Shown here: piece by piece, positions 30,647 to 45,374 of the stretch
Position numbering within the stretch: position 1 is the stretch's first letter
How the letters are laid out: each line of letters opens with the position of its first letter
From: Octopus vulgaris
Taxonomy: Eukaryota
DNA length: 64,000 nucleotides
Assembly (NCBI GenBank): GCA_951406725.2
Contig: OX597833.1
Span: 54,622,001 to 54,686,000, forward strand
Direction: 5' to 3'
The notes under the pieces: generated by a model
Told to the model about the DNA's origin: nothing
The model's database searches: none
Seen by the model: the letters and a program-made list of their open reading frames with translations, nothing else
Program-made: the position numbers and the translations under genes

Positions 30647-30733
30647 ATATATATATATATTAAGAACAAACTTACTTAGAAATAAATGCATGCGTTCCGT
30701 CATATAATAACAAATTAATAAATAAAACATATG

Positions 30734-31011
30734 CATATATACATACATATATGTACGTACCTACATCTACATGTATATGTACATGCATATATGGGTACAG
30801 GACACCAAAAAAAACGTTGAACACAATGAGAAACGAAAACATAAACAGAAAACCAAGGAAATGGACATTGTTTAAGAAAAATGTCCATTTCCTTGGTTTT
30901 CTGTTTATGTTTTCGTTTCTCATTGTGTTCGACGTTTTGGTGTCCTGTACCCATATATGCATGTACATATACATGTAGATGTAGGTACGTACATATATGT
31001 ATGTATATATG
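30734..31011. repeat. Near-perfect fold-back palindrome, ~135-bp arms, 10-nt loop
   Basis: 30734-30869 is the reverse complement of 30880-31011 apart from one 4-nt A-run indel and one mismatch. Confidence 0.95.
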
Positions 31012-31409
31012 ATAAGCTTGAATAATTCTTAGATATTAAGATACTTTTCCTTAACATGAAACTAATAGTAGCCTCAATACACAAAGAAACTCTATCCATC
31101 AATGGGATGTTGAGCACTCATTCTCATCCTTCAACATTTATGTACATACATATACACACACACACTCACACACACTCGCACACTGCTGTCTTGAAATCAT
31201 GTGGAATACGCAAATGAGCCTCACCATCATACAAATGATGTTGTTCATTTCCGGTCTTCCATGGAAAACATGTCTTGCCTTGAAGATATGATACCTTGCT
31301 TGAAAACAGGTGGAGGCTGGTGACAGGACGGGCATTTAGCTGTAAGAAAATCTTCTTTGATAAATCTGTCCAACCCATACAAACAACGGAAAAGTGGAGG
31401 TTAAAAGAC

Positions 31410-31830
31410 AATATGATTATGATGACAATGACGAGGATGATGACAAGGATGACAATGATGATGACGATGATATGATGAGGAGGAGGATGTTGATGATGTT
31501 GATGATGATGATGATGATGATGACGATGACAACAATGACAATGATGACAATGATGATGATGGTGACGATGATGATGATGATGATGATGATGATGGCGATG
31601 GTGGTGGTGGTGGTGGTGATGACGATGATGATTATGATGATGATGATGATGATGATGACGTCGACGACGACGATGACGACGACGACGATGATGATGATGA
31701 TGATGACGATGACGATGATGATGACGACGACGATGATGATGATGATGATAATGACGACGACGATGATGATGATGATGATGAAGATGATGACGATGATGAT
31801 TATGATGATGATGATGATGATGATGACATT
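31410..31830. repeat. (GAT/GAC)n microsatellite
   Basis: Directly visible; follows a diverged family C-like tail. Confidence 0.9.
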
Positions 31831-32180
31831 GACAATAGATTTATTGACCAACCATGCAGAAACTTCTTTATTGCTTCAGTAGTTCTAGTAAAAAGGTGAC
31901 AAATTATTGATGATATGGTAATAGAGGAGATGTGGGAGGGGGGAATGGATTTATGGGTTACTTATCAGCATCTGATTGGGTAGTTTCTGACCCATAAATT
32001 TATTCAATTCACACACAGCTGACAGCAAGCAGAGATTGATATTTCTGGATAAGGTCCTTCAGTCAAAAGCAAAAATTAGGAGCAAGGCTTTTGTCCCAAG
32101 TCATGTATGTGTGCACGTCTGTGTGTGTATGTGCATGTGTGTGTGTGTGTGTGTTGTGTGTGTGTATATATATAAATATG

Positions 32181-32227
<47 letters not shown>

Positions 32228-32640
32228 ATGCTACATGTTGGGCACGAAATCAAACGATGAACCAGCCAGGTCTGGCTGTGTCGAAACACTATCCGACTCG
32301 TGGCCGTGGGAAATACCAATGCGACGTGACAACCACCCCCTTTGCTTGTATGGGGAGCGAAATGTCAATTGAACCAGCCAGATCCCTGGTGGTGGTACGT
32401 AAAAGCATATCCGACTCGTGCGATGCAGCACCGCTCGACTGCTCGTGCGTGGCATAAATACACCAATCTACCGTGGCCGTTGCCAGCCCCGCCCACCGTG
32501 CAGGTGGCATGTAAAAGCACACTACACTCACGGAGTGGTCGTGGAAGGCATCCAGCTGTAGAAACATGCAAATTTAGATGAGCTGTGCAGCCTTCAGCCG
32601 TCACCGTCCACCATGCTAGCATGGAGAACGGACGTTAAAA

Positions 32641-32700
<60 letters not shown>

Positions 32701-33278
32701 TATATATATGTATGTATTTATATACATAAATATAAGTGGGAATTTTTTAACCACTACGTAGAAACCCTTATGCTAGAAGAAGATCCACTATGGTCTCAAC
32801 CAATAAGAATTGTTCTTCAGAAAAATTTAGCACACCAGAAAGGTAAGCGAGCAAAACAAACGAAAAGCAACAAAAATATAGATTAATCATAAACAATTGT
32901 TTCACTATCAATAAATTACATAATTTTACTTAAACAATTTATCTGTAGATCGTCAGTATGATCGTCTATGCAGAATATAATTTGCAGAACTTCACACCAG
33001 ATATCAACACGAGGTCGAAAGTGCATATAGTTCTACCTATTACATTTGCGGTTATTTTCAAAAGTCTTCGTTTAGGTTTGCTAAATTACCGGAAATAAAT
33101 ACTGCATAAAAAATTCACTGCAGTAGTTTTCGCCGATTTGAGAACATATTAATTTAAAATTAAAATCAAAATCAGGGTGAAAAATTGGATATTAATTTGA
33201 TAATATCAATTTTAACACCAGTGGTCTAGCATATAAAAAAACTGAGATTCAGCAAATAGTATTTCATACATAAATATA

Positions 33279-33500
33279 ACTCTTTACTCTTTACTCTTTT
33301 ACTTGTTTCAGTCATTTGACTGCAGCCATGCTGGAGCACCGCCTTTAGTCGAGTAAATCGACCCCGGGACCTATTCTTTGTAAGCCCAGTCCTTATTCTA
33401 TCGGTCTCTTTTGCTGAACCGCTAAGTGACAGGGACGTAAACACACTAGCATCGGTTGTCAAGCAATGCTAGAGTGACAAACACAGACACACAAACATAT

Positions 33501-33536
<36 letters not shown>

Positions 33537-33707
33537 ATATATACGACAGGCTTCTTTCAGTTTCTGTCTACCAAATCCACTCACAAGGCTTTGGTCGGCC
33601 CAAGGCTATAGCAGAAGACACTTGCCCAAGGTGCCACACAGTGGGACTGAACCCAGAACCATGTGGTTGGTAAACAAGCTACTTACCACACAGCCACTCC
33701 TGTGCCT
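33279..33707 (-). mobile_element. SINE family B
   Basis: Full family B motifs. Confidence 0.88.
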
Positions 33708-34744
33708 AAGAGGGAATTTTTTTAACCACTATGTGGAAGCCCTTATGCTAGAAGAAGATCCGCTATGGTCTCAACCACTAAGAATTGTTCTCCAGAAAAA
33801 TTTAGCACATCAGAAACGTAAGCGAGCAAGACAAATGAAAAGTAGCAAAAATATAGATTAATCGTTAGCTTTCTTCAGTTTTGAGCCACAGGCCCAATTA
33901 GACCTCCACAGGAACTAGATAAGTCAGCATAGATCGTGGCTTTTAAGCTAGTATAATAATAATATATCTGAAATTTGAAATGAAAAATAATAATTTATTA
34001 GCAAGTTTGAAGCTTCGGATAATGTCCCCACGGGTAAAACAGTATAATGTAGAGTGTCTGTTTATTTTTGAGGCATCTGTGTACACTCGCAATAACAATG
34101 CCATAAGCCAAGAGTTTTCCAAAATTTGGCTGAAATTTCACAGAATCCAAAATTCCCCATTTTCTTATGTAGAATAACAACCAAAAAGTGTGCCAACAAA
34201 AACAACTTCAGCTGTACTCAGAGCTATTGATATAATTATTTCTTGAAAGATATCAGGAATACAACTTAAGGCAGGAATCCATTATAGTGTTCCTTAACTA
34301 GGTTTAAGGCAATATAATTTTATAATTTAATATAATATAGACTAACTGAATAAAGGAAATAACCAATTCATGGAATGTATATTAAAATAAAATATATATT
34401 TATTTTAATATATAGAAGTTGAATTGCTTTTTTATTCAATTAGTCTATCTATATTAAGTTATGTATCTTTCTAAATCTAGTTAAGGCACAATCTAGTGGA
34501 TTCTTGCTTCAAGTCTCATTGCTGATGTGTTTTGAGAAAAAAAAAGTTATAGTTATATAATTATGTGCTTTTCTGTGTGCTGTGTGTGTGTTTGCTTGCA
34601 CATATGCATACGTGTGTGTGCGTATATATATACATAAACATATATATATATATATACATATATCATATATATATATATATATATAAAATATATATATATA
34701 TATATATACATATATCATATATATATATACACACACACACACAC

Positions 34745-34829
<85 letters not shown>

Positions 34830-34914
34830 TATATATGCGTGTGTATATCATGCCAGCATGGAAAGCAGACATTAAATGATGATGATCATGATGTACATAT
34901 ATATATATATATAT

Positions 34915-34972
<58 letters not shown>

Positions 34973-35017
34973 TATTATGTATATGTATGTATATATATCT
35001 TTATGTATACATACATA

Positions 35018-35060
<43 letters not shown>

Positions 35061-35829
35061 CATATATATACATGCACACACATACACACACAAACACAAA
35101 TGTACACATACGTTTTCACACAAATACATACACTCACACATGTATACATCCCCACATCCACACCCCCACAAACACATGCATATGCATCTGTGCCTTTTTT
35201 TGTGTGTGTGTGTGTGTGTGTACACGTGCGCACAAGCGCACATGGACATGTCCTTCTTATAACACCTCTTTTCTCTAATGAAGGTTTCCCCTCTCACAAC
35301 GTTTTTCCTCCTTCACATCATGTCGTGACATATCTCAGCATCCGCCTCCCTCTTTTAATTTCCCAACACAAACCCTATTTACCAATTCTTGTTTGCAGCT
35401 CCTCTCGGATATTCAAGTACAACTGTCAATGACTATACCTAAAAACATTGCCACAATGAGGGAGCCTCCTTGTGGTTACTTAACCTGCTAGAAATAGCAG
35501 TTAAATCTTCTTCGGCTTGCTTCCTGAAGACTTTTGAATAATGTCCCTTAGTAGCTGACGATATGTGCATCTCTGATCATGAGCAGCAGTAGTGAGGGAG
35601 TATCATAGCCATGTGTTGAAAGGAATTCTCGGAGGTTTGGATAATTCACCTTTGGAAACATGGGTGGTTCGTTCAACATCCTTAAGCAATCCTTATTCAG
35701 GGACCTTTTGAAGGGGCCCCCACCTGCAAGGTCACGCACTGTTTATCTTGGTAGTGGTGGTGGTGGTGGTGGTTTTGGTGGTTGTGATGATGATAATGGT
35801 GATGGTGATGATGATGGTAAAGATGATGG

Positions 35830-35870
<41 letters not shown>

Positions 35871-35938
35871 GTGGTGATGGTTATGATGATGTTGATGATG
35901 ATGGTGATGATGATGATGGTGGTGGTGGTGGTGGTGGC

Positions 35939-35971
<33 letters not shown>

Positions 35972-36752
35972 ATTATGTAGTAGTTTTAGAATCCCAGCTG
36001 TGCCTCTTGAATACTTAATTCGCGCTATTACAAATCCAGTGTACATAGTTTTTGCCGTTGTGGTATTGACGTGAGAGTCATATCAGAGTTGAAAGTTCTG
36101 GAAATATGGTTTGCAAAACAGGAAGTCGAAAATTGCTTTGCTATTATTTAATAATAATACTGAATTATTTAATAATACCAGAAATTTATCCAACTTCTTA
36201 TTTTGGTACACACATGTTCTCTCAAAATGTCTGAATTCTAATGATGTCAACAACATACAGTTCACTCTGCTAAGAGTAAAGTTTCTAAAATGATTAAAGA
36301 AATCTAAAATGATTAAAGAAAGGCTTTGGTTGGTCTGAGACTATAGTAGAAGACTGAACCTGGAACCATGTGGTTTGTAAGCAAGCTACTTACCACACAG
36401 CCACTCCTACGCCTACGCATGTATAAATATATATATACACAAGCATGAGAGAGGGGGAAAGTAGAGAGTAGGAAAGGAAAAGCAGTGATTCTCTTTGTGG
36501 AATGTGCTTCAGTTTAATCTCCTGTAATATAGTTAATCCTTTTCTAAGGTTATATACATAACATGTTAGTGCTCAAAACCTCTCATAGTATTTGAAACTG
36601 TACATAGTGGGATTAAAAGAAAGTTTGCAAAGAAATGCACCAAGATCTACTTCTGCAGTTGCTGCTGCCACTGCTACAGCTGCTTTTGCTGCTACTGTTG
36701 TTGTTTTTGTTATTTAACACTTTAGCATTTAAATCAGTGGTACTCAGCCAAA

Positions 36753-36987
36753 AGACGGCGAGCTGGCAGAAACGTTAGCACGCCGGGCCAAATGCGTAGC
36801 CGTATTTTGTCTGTCGTTTCGTTGTGAGTTCAAATTCCGCTGAGGTCGACTTTGCCATTCATCTTTTCGGGGTCGATTAAATAAGTACCAGTTATGCACT
36901 GGGGTTGATATAATCGACTTAATAACTATTTCTGTCCTTGATTGTCCCCTCTGTGTTTAGCCCCTTTGTGGGTAATACAGAAATAGG
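36753..36987 (+). mobile_element. SINE family A
   Basis: Full copy; TSD tactcagccaaa on both sides. Confidence 0.88.
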
Positions 36988-37137
36988 TACTCAGCCAAAA
37001 TATTCAACCTGCTCTAACTGTGGAGGGAACCTGTGGAAGACGTAGACCCATGAAGGCATGAGATAAGGTCGTGAAGCAGGGTCTCCAAAAGCTGGTCCTC
37101 ACAGAGGCAATGACAAGGATTGAGACCTTTGGTGATG

Positions 37138-37535
37138 CTTACTACTAGTACTTGTGGCGACATTCACCCTGGGCAGGTTGAGTCGGCTTCTTCCACCACC
37201 CTCGAGGCATCTCGAACCATGGCGATGGAAGAAGTTTCGTGGGAATGTGAATTTCACAAGCGGTCCCCAACAATCCCGCATGTAGAGACATCCTGTTTGC
37301 CGCAGATTGTCCGCAGACGCAGGGACAGAACGATCGAGGAACCACCGGTTGCCGAAACAGACACTCCGAGGATTTTCACCAGAGCCCCATCTGATGGGTT
37401 GTGGCTCTAATATCGCTCGGTGTCAGACCAATCCACCTTGGGTGGCCCTACCAGGAACCGAAGTTCCCGACAGCATAGCTCTGACACTACCCGTTGCCAG
37501 TGTCCCCACCATGGTGAGGAGGGGATGGACTTTGA
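37138..37535 (-). mobile_element. Non-autonomous RTE derivative (5' UTR joined to the 3' end)
   Basis: BovB/RTE-like 5' motif gagctatgc...ggtagggccacccaag joined to MVRDASRVVEEADST and an agtaagta-type tail; homologous to 60269-60786. Confidence 0.7.
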
Positions 37536-37674
37536 GGACGCATTTCTTTGGTGATACACCGTGCTTGAGAGGACTTGTCAAGCCGAGTGAAATCATAGTT
37601 GTGGCCAATGCCAGCATCACATATCTGGCACCCATGCCAGTGGCTTGTAGGAGCACTCTGTCGGTTATGCTGAT

Positions 37675-38145
37675 GAGGGTCCCAGCTGATACGATTAACG
37701 GAACAGCTTACTCGTGAAATTAACGTGCAAGTGGTTGAGCACTCCACAGACATGCATACCCCTAACATAGTTCTCAGAGAGATTCAGCATGATGCAGAGT
37801 GTGACAAGGCTGGCCCTTTGAAATACAGGTACTACTCATTTTTGCCAGCTGAGTGGACTGGAGCAACGTGAAATAAAGTGTCTTGCTCAAGGACACAATG
37901 CGTTGCCAGGAATTGAACTCATGATCTTACAATTGTGAGCCGAATGCCCTAACCACTAAGCCACATGCCTTCACATAAAAAGCACCCATTACTCTCTTGG
38001 AATGGTTGGCATTAGGAAGAACATTTAGCTGTAGAAATCAAACTGGAACTTGGTACAGCTCTCCAACTTACTGGTTTCAGTCAAACCATCTAACCCATGC
38101 CAGCATGGAAAGCTGACGTTAAATGATGATGAGGATGATGATGAA
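37675..38145. mobile_element. SINE family E (-, 37675-37975) and family C tail (+)
   Basis: Matches 48088-48378 and the family C copies. Confidence 0.75.
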
Positions 38146-39535
38146 GATACTACTTTAGTGCTCCTTCAATGCAAGCCTTGTGGCTGATGCTGCTCAGTTA
38201 GTTTTACATCCAACTCTGTTGAACTAGTTTAAGTGTTAGCAAAAGAAACCTAGTTTTTCCCTTTGCATCAAAAACACGTTTTCTATGGTCTCTAAAATAC
38301 TATTATGGACAGCCAATTCATGAGAAAAGCTAGAGCAAAGAGTGGCCCTGGAGGTGGTGGCATCTCATATAAAGTATACAAACATTGCAATCGTCTGTGA
38401 AAGAAGAATATTGAGCTTTATTTGATAGCCAGTTGATGTAGTAATTGGGGCCTCATATCAGTGGCCTCATAAGAAAAATATTGAGCTTTATTTGATAACC
38501 AATTGATCTAGCAAGCAGGGCCTCATGAGAAGAATATTCAGCTTTATTTGATAACCAGTTGGTCTAGCAAGCAGGGCCTCATATAGGTGTGCGTTGATGC
38601 TGTCAAGAGGTAAGCCCCAAAATGGCATGCATTCTCTTCTGATGACCCCATACGCTTGTTGGCTTCCAGTATGCAGAGCTTTTGACTGGTAGCACTTGCA
38701 AAGCTTTCGACTTGCCTGGACCCTACAAAATCTTGTAAAGACTCCCAGAGTTCATATGGACCCCAGTTAAGAACCATTAATCTGTTGCATGTCTTATCCC
38801 TTTAGTTCTCTGCTAAACAACTTTTTTTTTTCCCACACAGACATGCTTCCACCCAGGTGCCACAAAGTGGGACTGAACCCAAAGTGATGTGTTTGAAAGA
38901 AGCAAACCTCTTACCACACAACCATGCCTGCTTAAAAAACAGCTTAACAAGAACAATCCTACCATGACATCTGCTAACAACAAGTAGACTATTAAGGAGC
39001 TTGAAAACAAACAAACACTTTATAAATCACATATTTGGTACGCTGAAGGTAGGAATACCGGTTCCAAAGAATAATTTTAGTTCTGTGTTCTGTAATGTGT
39101 CAGCTGAGGAAAAGTAGAAAATAAAAAATAGTGGGGAAGAAACTAAACAGATTTATTCCATCAGACATCAAAAGCTGAATCAAAGTTAATATAATTTTAG
39201 TATAACGCTAACTAGATGTTCACTTTTTAATGGTCATTGAGCACAGAGGTCATCTGTAATAAAGAACAGGTAGAAATGGTGGTGGTGGTGGTAATGTTGA
39301 TGGCGAAGATGGTGGGACGGGTGGAGAAGGAACTGGTGTATTGTTACATGTGGGGGAGGGGCATGTGGGGGGTGCATTAGTGGGAGGGGTGAAGACATCA
39401 TATAAAAGATTATGATTTATTATGATATACTATAAATATACATATATGCATGTGTGTGTAAATATGTATGTGTGTGTATATATGTATGTGTGTGTGTGTG
39501 AGTATATACATACATACATACATACATATATATCC

Positions 39536-39592
<57 letters not shown>

Positions 39593-39603
39593 CACATTGA
39601 TAT

Positions 39604-39656
<53 letters not shown>

Positions 39657-39916
39657 TATTGATATATACATATATACATGCATATATATATATATGATGA
39701 TGATGATGATGATGTATATATGTATGTGGATAGATAGATAGATAGATACAGAGACATATAAATATATCTGTGTGTATAGATATGTATACAATATAATATT
39801 CACAATATTTTATATATACAGATAGTATATATTATATATGTACTCATATACATTACATATATATATATATAAAATCTATCTGAACAAACTCAACCCTTAC
39901 AATGAAGAATATACAT

Positions 39917-39963
<47 letters not shown>

Positions 39964-40706
39964 TATACATATATGCATACATACATGCATGCATATATTT
40001 ATGTATTGTTCATATAATAATCAACCCGAACTAAAGATATCGATACATAAGATAAATACCTAATGAAATATCGGATGATGTATATGTATATTGTTATATC
40101 GTTATTAGGATTCTTATCAGGTATTCTAAATGTAAAAGAATTGGTTCAATATGGATACCTCCTTACATATTTATTTATTTATGAATTCCTAGATAGGAAA
40201 TAATCGAAATCCTTTGATGGAATGTTTATTAAGGCTATTTCCATTGTAGATTTTATCTGTTCTGTGGGCTTATCCATGGCCCAGAATGTCAGTATTTTGA
40301 ATGTCAAAGTTAAGAAATTCAACAAAGCATGGATAAACGGCTGAGTAATTCTACTGCGGTGAGGGTAAGAGAGTCTGAGAATATTGGGACATTTTTAAGC
40401 CTTTTGGAATACCGTGGTCAGTGTTATGCCAGAGGAACCAGTTGCTATTTTCTGTCTCATGGAGGAGGTCTCAGTAATGGTTTGACTACGCCAGGTGTGT
40501 AGAAGCAATCTGCAACCCACCCACCGTGGAGACACAGGTATGCTGTGTAAAGGTGCAAGGATAGTTGTGTGGTTAAGGCATTTGCTTCTTAACTTTGTGG
40601 TTTCAGGTTTAATCCTGTTTTGCAGTAAGTGGGTGTCTTGCTATAGCCCCAAGCCTTGTCAGTGGATCTGATAGATGGAAAATAAATGGAGACCATCATA
40701 TACATA

Positions 40707-41118
40707 GGCGCAGGAGTGGCTGTGTGGTAAATAGCTTGCTTACCAACCACATGGTTCCGGGTTCAGTCCCACTGCGTGGCAACTTGGGCAAGTGTCTTCT
40801 ACTATAGCCTCGGGCCGACCGAAGCCTTGTGAGTGGATTTGGTAGACGGAAACTGAAAGAAGCCCGTTATATATATGTATATATATATATATATGTGTGC
40901 ATGTATGTTTGTGTGTCTGTGTTTGTCCCCCTAGCATTGCTTGACAACCGATGCTGGTGTGTTTATGTCCCCGTCACTTAGCGGTTCGGCAAAAGAGACC
41001 GATAGAATAAGTACTGGGCTTCCAAAGAATAAGTCCCGGGGTCGAGTCACTCGATTAAAGGCGGTGCTCCAGCATGGCCGCAGTCAAATGACTGAAACAA
41101 GTAAAAGAGTAAAAGAGA
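40707..41118 (+). mobile_element. SINE family B, well preserved
   Basis: ggcgcaggagtggctgtgtggtaa...gggttcagtccc...cttgggcaagtgtcttct...gtaaaagag. Confidence 0.9.
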
Positions 41119-41236
41119 AATATGTGTGTTGTGTGTGGAAAAAATGGTGCAATCAAGACAGAACTGGAAATGCACTGTGACTAGTGGTATATAACAGCAC
41201 CTGACGATCTGGTTGATACTCTGATATTATACATAC

Positions 41237-41292
<56 letters not shown>

Positions 41293-41730
41293 TAGGGGCT
41301 TAGCACAGTCAATTCCAGTGCTGCCTGACTGGACTTCACACAGGTGGTACATAAAAAGTACCATTCAAGCATGGCTGATGCCAGTGCCAGTGGTACATAA
41401 AAAGCACCCACTACACTCTCAGAGTGGTTGGCATTAGGAGGATGCATCCAGCTGTAGAAACCTTGCTAGATCAGATAGGAGCCTGGTGCAACCTCCTGGC
41501 TTGCCAGTCCTCAGTCAAACCGTCCAACCCATGCCAGCAATGAAAGCAGACGTTAAACGATGATGATGAGGAGGAGGAGGGGGAGGAGGAGGATGAAGGT
41601 GATGATGTATAAAGGTAAGATCCAAGAATCAAGATGTAGGAGACAGTAATCTTTGAGCAATTGATAGAAGGTAGGAAAAACATCTTTCAGAAACAATAGT
41701 GATTTATTGATGTAAAAGGTTGTAATTTTT

Positions 41731-41775
<45 letters not shown>

Positions 41776-42649
41776 GTTTATGGCTACTTTAATGTGGTTG
41801 TCCTCTAAATGACAAAACTGTTATTTAACTCCAGGAAGACATCTCTCCAGCTGTTTTGTTTGGTGCAATTCTTGCATTCAGTATTTACTACAAGCAGGAG
41901 ATAACTGCTGCCACCCTAACTCTGAGACCACCAGACCACATGGTTTTGATCTACCTCCGCACCTGAAGGAGTGCATATGCTGTGTATAACTCTCCTTGAA
42001 ATTATTGGTTGTCATGCCTGTATAGTGTCATGTGATATTAACTTATGGGCTTAAAAAGTCTCTTAACAATTTAATCAATGTGTGTGTTTGCCTCCATGCC
42101 AAGAAGTACTGCCACCAAAACAGGATGAATGTCCAGTCAGCCAGATCAAATCATCCACATCCAAACAGCTGCACCCAATCATCTCTTTCCTGTTTATTCA
42201 TCCCTGATGCATGACTGGTACTTTATTTACCAAAACTCCATCTTTGAAAAGGACGAAGAAAAAATCTGACTTTGGCAGGATTTGAACTCAGGACATAAAG
42301 AACCATTACTAAAGACTACCAGACATTTTACCGACACTTCTTTTCACCAAAATTACTATTCACAAGAGGCTGAAACATGATGTCTTTTTCTTCTTTTTCT
42401 TCTATTATCCTTTCTTTTATATTTGAAACATTCCGTAAAGACAGATTAGGCTAAATTACCAATTTGATTACCTGTCTAATTTAATATCTCAATGTTGGAA
42501 TGAAACTTCGTTAGACCATATTTTTGCAGTTTTTAAACAGGTTTATCTTCTTTCTCTGTATTTCTTGTGTTTATTATCAAATAATATGCAATTTGTATCG
42601 AGAAGCCATTCATTGTAAAATATGTTTCTTAATGTAATATATGCGGCAA

Positions 42650-43744
42650 TCACATTCATCCTCCTCCTCGTCATCAACATCATCATCATCATCATCACCA
42701 TCGTCATCATAGTCATCATTACCATCATCATCATCACCATCATCATCATCACCATCATCATCGTCTTCATCATTATCATCATCATCACTAACATCATTGT
42801 CATCATCACTATCATCATCATCACCATCGTCATTGTCATCATCACCACCATCATCGTTGTCATCGTCGTCATTGTCGTCATTGGCATTGTTGTTGTTATC
42901 ATCATTGTCGTCATCATCTTCAACATTGTTGCAGTTATCGTCAACGTCATCATTGATGTCGTTGTCATTGTTATCGTCATCACCATCATCATTATCATCA
43001 TCATCACCATCATCATTGTCATCATCACTATCATCATCATCACCATCATCATCGCCATCATCACTATCATCATCATCACCATCATCATCGTCATCATCAC
43101 TATCATCATCATCACCATCATCATCGTCATCATCACTATCATCATCATCACCATCATCATCGTCATTGTCGTCATTGTCGCCATCAGCATTGTTGTCGTT
43201 ATCATCATTGTCGTCATCATCTTCAACATTGTCGCAGTTATCGTCAATGTCATCATTGATGTCGTTGTCATTGTTATCATCGTCATCACCATCATCATCG
43301 CCATCATCATCATCGTTAAGATGAGGAACACTATCATCATTGTTATTGTTCCTTTTATCATCACCATCATTGATGACATTGCCATCGTTCTCCCCTTCCA
43401 CCTCAATACCATTATCATTACTATTGACCTTATTTAGCATCGTCATTGTCATTGACATCATTATGATCATCATCATCATCATCATCGACGTTATCGTTGT
43501 CATCATCATTGTCGCTGTCATAATCAATGTCATCATTGTTGACATCATCTTCATCATCATTATCATCAATGTCACCATCATCACCATTATAATCATCATC
43601 ACCATCATTATGACTCATTGTCATCATTATGACTCATCATCATCATCATTATGACTCATCGTCATTCCATTTGCCATCATCATTATCATTGACAACATTG
43701 TCATCATTATCATTGTTGTCGTCATCATTGCTTTCAGCATCACC
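42650..43744. repeat. Complex (CAT)n array with an internal duplication at ~300-bp spacing
   Basis: The interrupted block NDINDD[IV]DDNC[DN]NVEDD occurs twice in the minus-strand D frame. Confidence 0.9.
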
Positions 43745-43769
43745 TTAGTGTTTGAATCTTTTGTTCATA

Positions 43770-44378
43770 TATATATATATATACGATGGGCTTCTTCCAG
43801 TTTCCGTCTACCAAATCCACTCTCAAGGCTTTGGTTGGCTCAAGGCTATAGTAGAAAAACACTTGCCCAAAATGCCGCTCAGTGGGACTGAACCCGGGAC
43901 AATGTGGTTTGTAAGCAAGCTACTTACCACACAACCACTCCTGCACCTCTATCTGTTGTATATCTCTTCTACTCTTCTACTTGTTTCAGTCATTTGACTG
44001 TGGCTATGCTGGAGCACCACATTTAGTCGAGCAAATCGACCCCGGGACTTATTCTTTGTAAGCCTAGTACTTATTCTATCGGTCTCTTTTGCCGAGCTGC
44101 TAAGTTACGGGGATGTAAACACACCAGCATTGGTTGTCAAGCGATGTTGGGGGGACAAACACAGACACACAAACATATACACACATACATACACACATAT
44201 ATATATACATATATACGACGGGCTTCTTTCAGTTTCCGTCTACCAAATCCACTCACAAGGCTTTGGTCGGCACGAGGCTATAGTAGAAGACACTTGCCCA
44301 AGGTACCACACAGTGGGACTGAACCCAGAACCATGTGGTTCGTAAGCAAGCTACTTATCACACAGCCACTACTACACC
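43770..44378 (-). mobile_element. Two adjacent family B SINEs (head only, then full)
   Basis: Family motifs. Confidence 0.85.
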
Positions 44379-45374
44379 TGTTGAGATTTTTTTTTCCTCA
44401 CCCACCTGTCTTCTTTCATATCCATCACAAGTCTGCACCAGTATAACCTTGTATCTAGCACACAGAGGCTGATGCAGCTAACACTGACTTTACTTCTCAG
44501 TGCATATTTATGCTGCATTTTTAATATGCACTAACAAAATGCATAATCCAGAAGAGCATGCAGACCTCGCTTCACAGCATCCTTCTCATGCCATGCACAT
44601 GCTTGGTGCTTATGTTCATTATGAGGTAATATCAAACCTTGCATGTAAGTATTATTTGCAGAATCTGCTGGCAGAATCTCTAACACGCAGGGAAAAGGGC
44701 TTGGTGGCACTTTGTCCAGTTTTACATTTTGAGTTCAAATTCCACCATCATCGTTTAGCGTCCGCTTTCCATGCTAGCATGGGTTGGACGGTTCAACAGG
44801 GGTCTGAGAAGCCAGAAGTCTGCACCAGGCCCAGTCTGATCTGGCAATGTTTCTACGGCTGGATGCCCTTCCTAATGCCAATTGTAGAATTTAATAAGCC
44901 GCAGTTGACTCCAAAGTGCTGCCAACATCCTGTGTGACCACATGAGCCAAAAAATGATGGTGATGACGATGACGATGACAATGATGGCAATGTCATCAAT
45001 GATAATGATAGTGTTTGTAATGATGATGATGATGATGATGATGATGGTGATGATGGTGATGCTGAAGGCAATGATGACGACAACAATGATAATGATGACA
45101 ATGTCGTCAATGATGATGATGGCAAATGGAATGACGATGAGTCATAATGATGTAATTGAGTTACCCCCTCTTCCAAAATTTCTGGCCTTGTGCCAAAATG
45201 TGAAATCATTATATATATATATAAGGGTGCTGGTCAGTTGCAGGATTCAAGGTCAGAAATTTTGAAGAGACAGAGGAGGAGGGGGTGAGTAAGTCAATTA
45301 CATCAGTCCCCAGTATCTAACTGGTACTCTATTTTATTGACCCCCCTAAAGGGATGAAAGGTGAACAAGACAAT

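Noticed and set aside
42610-43608. 332-aa Asp/Asn-rich ORF
   Set aside because: Same trinucleotide artefact; the overlapping frames are equally open
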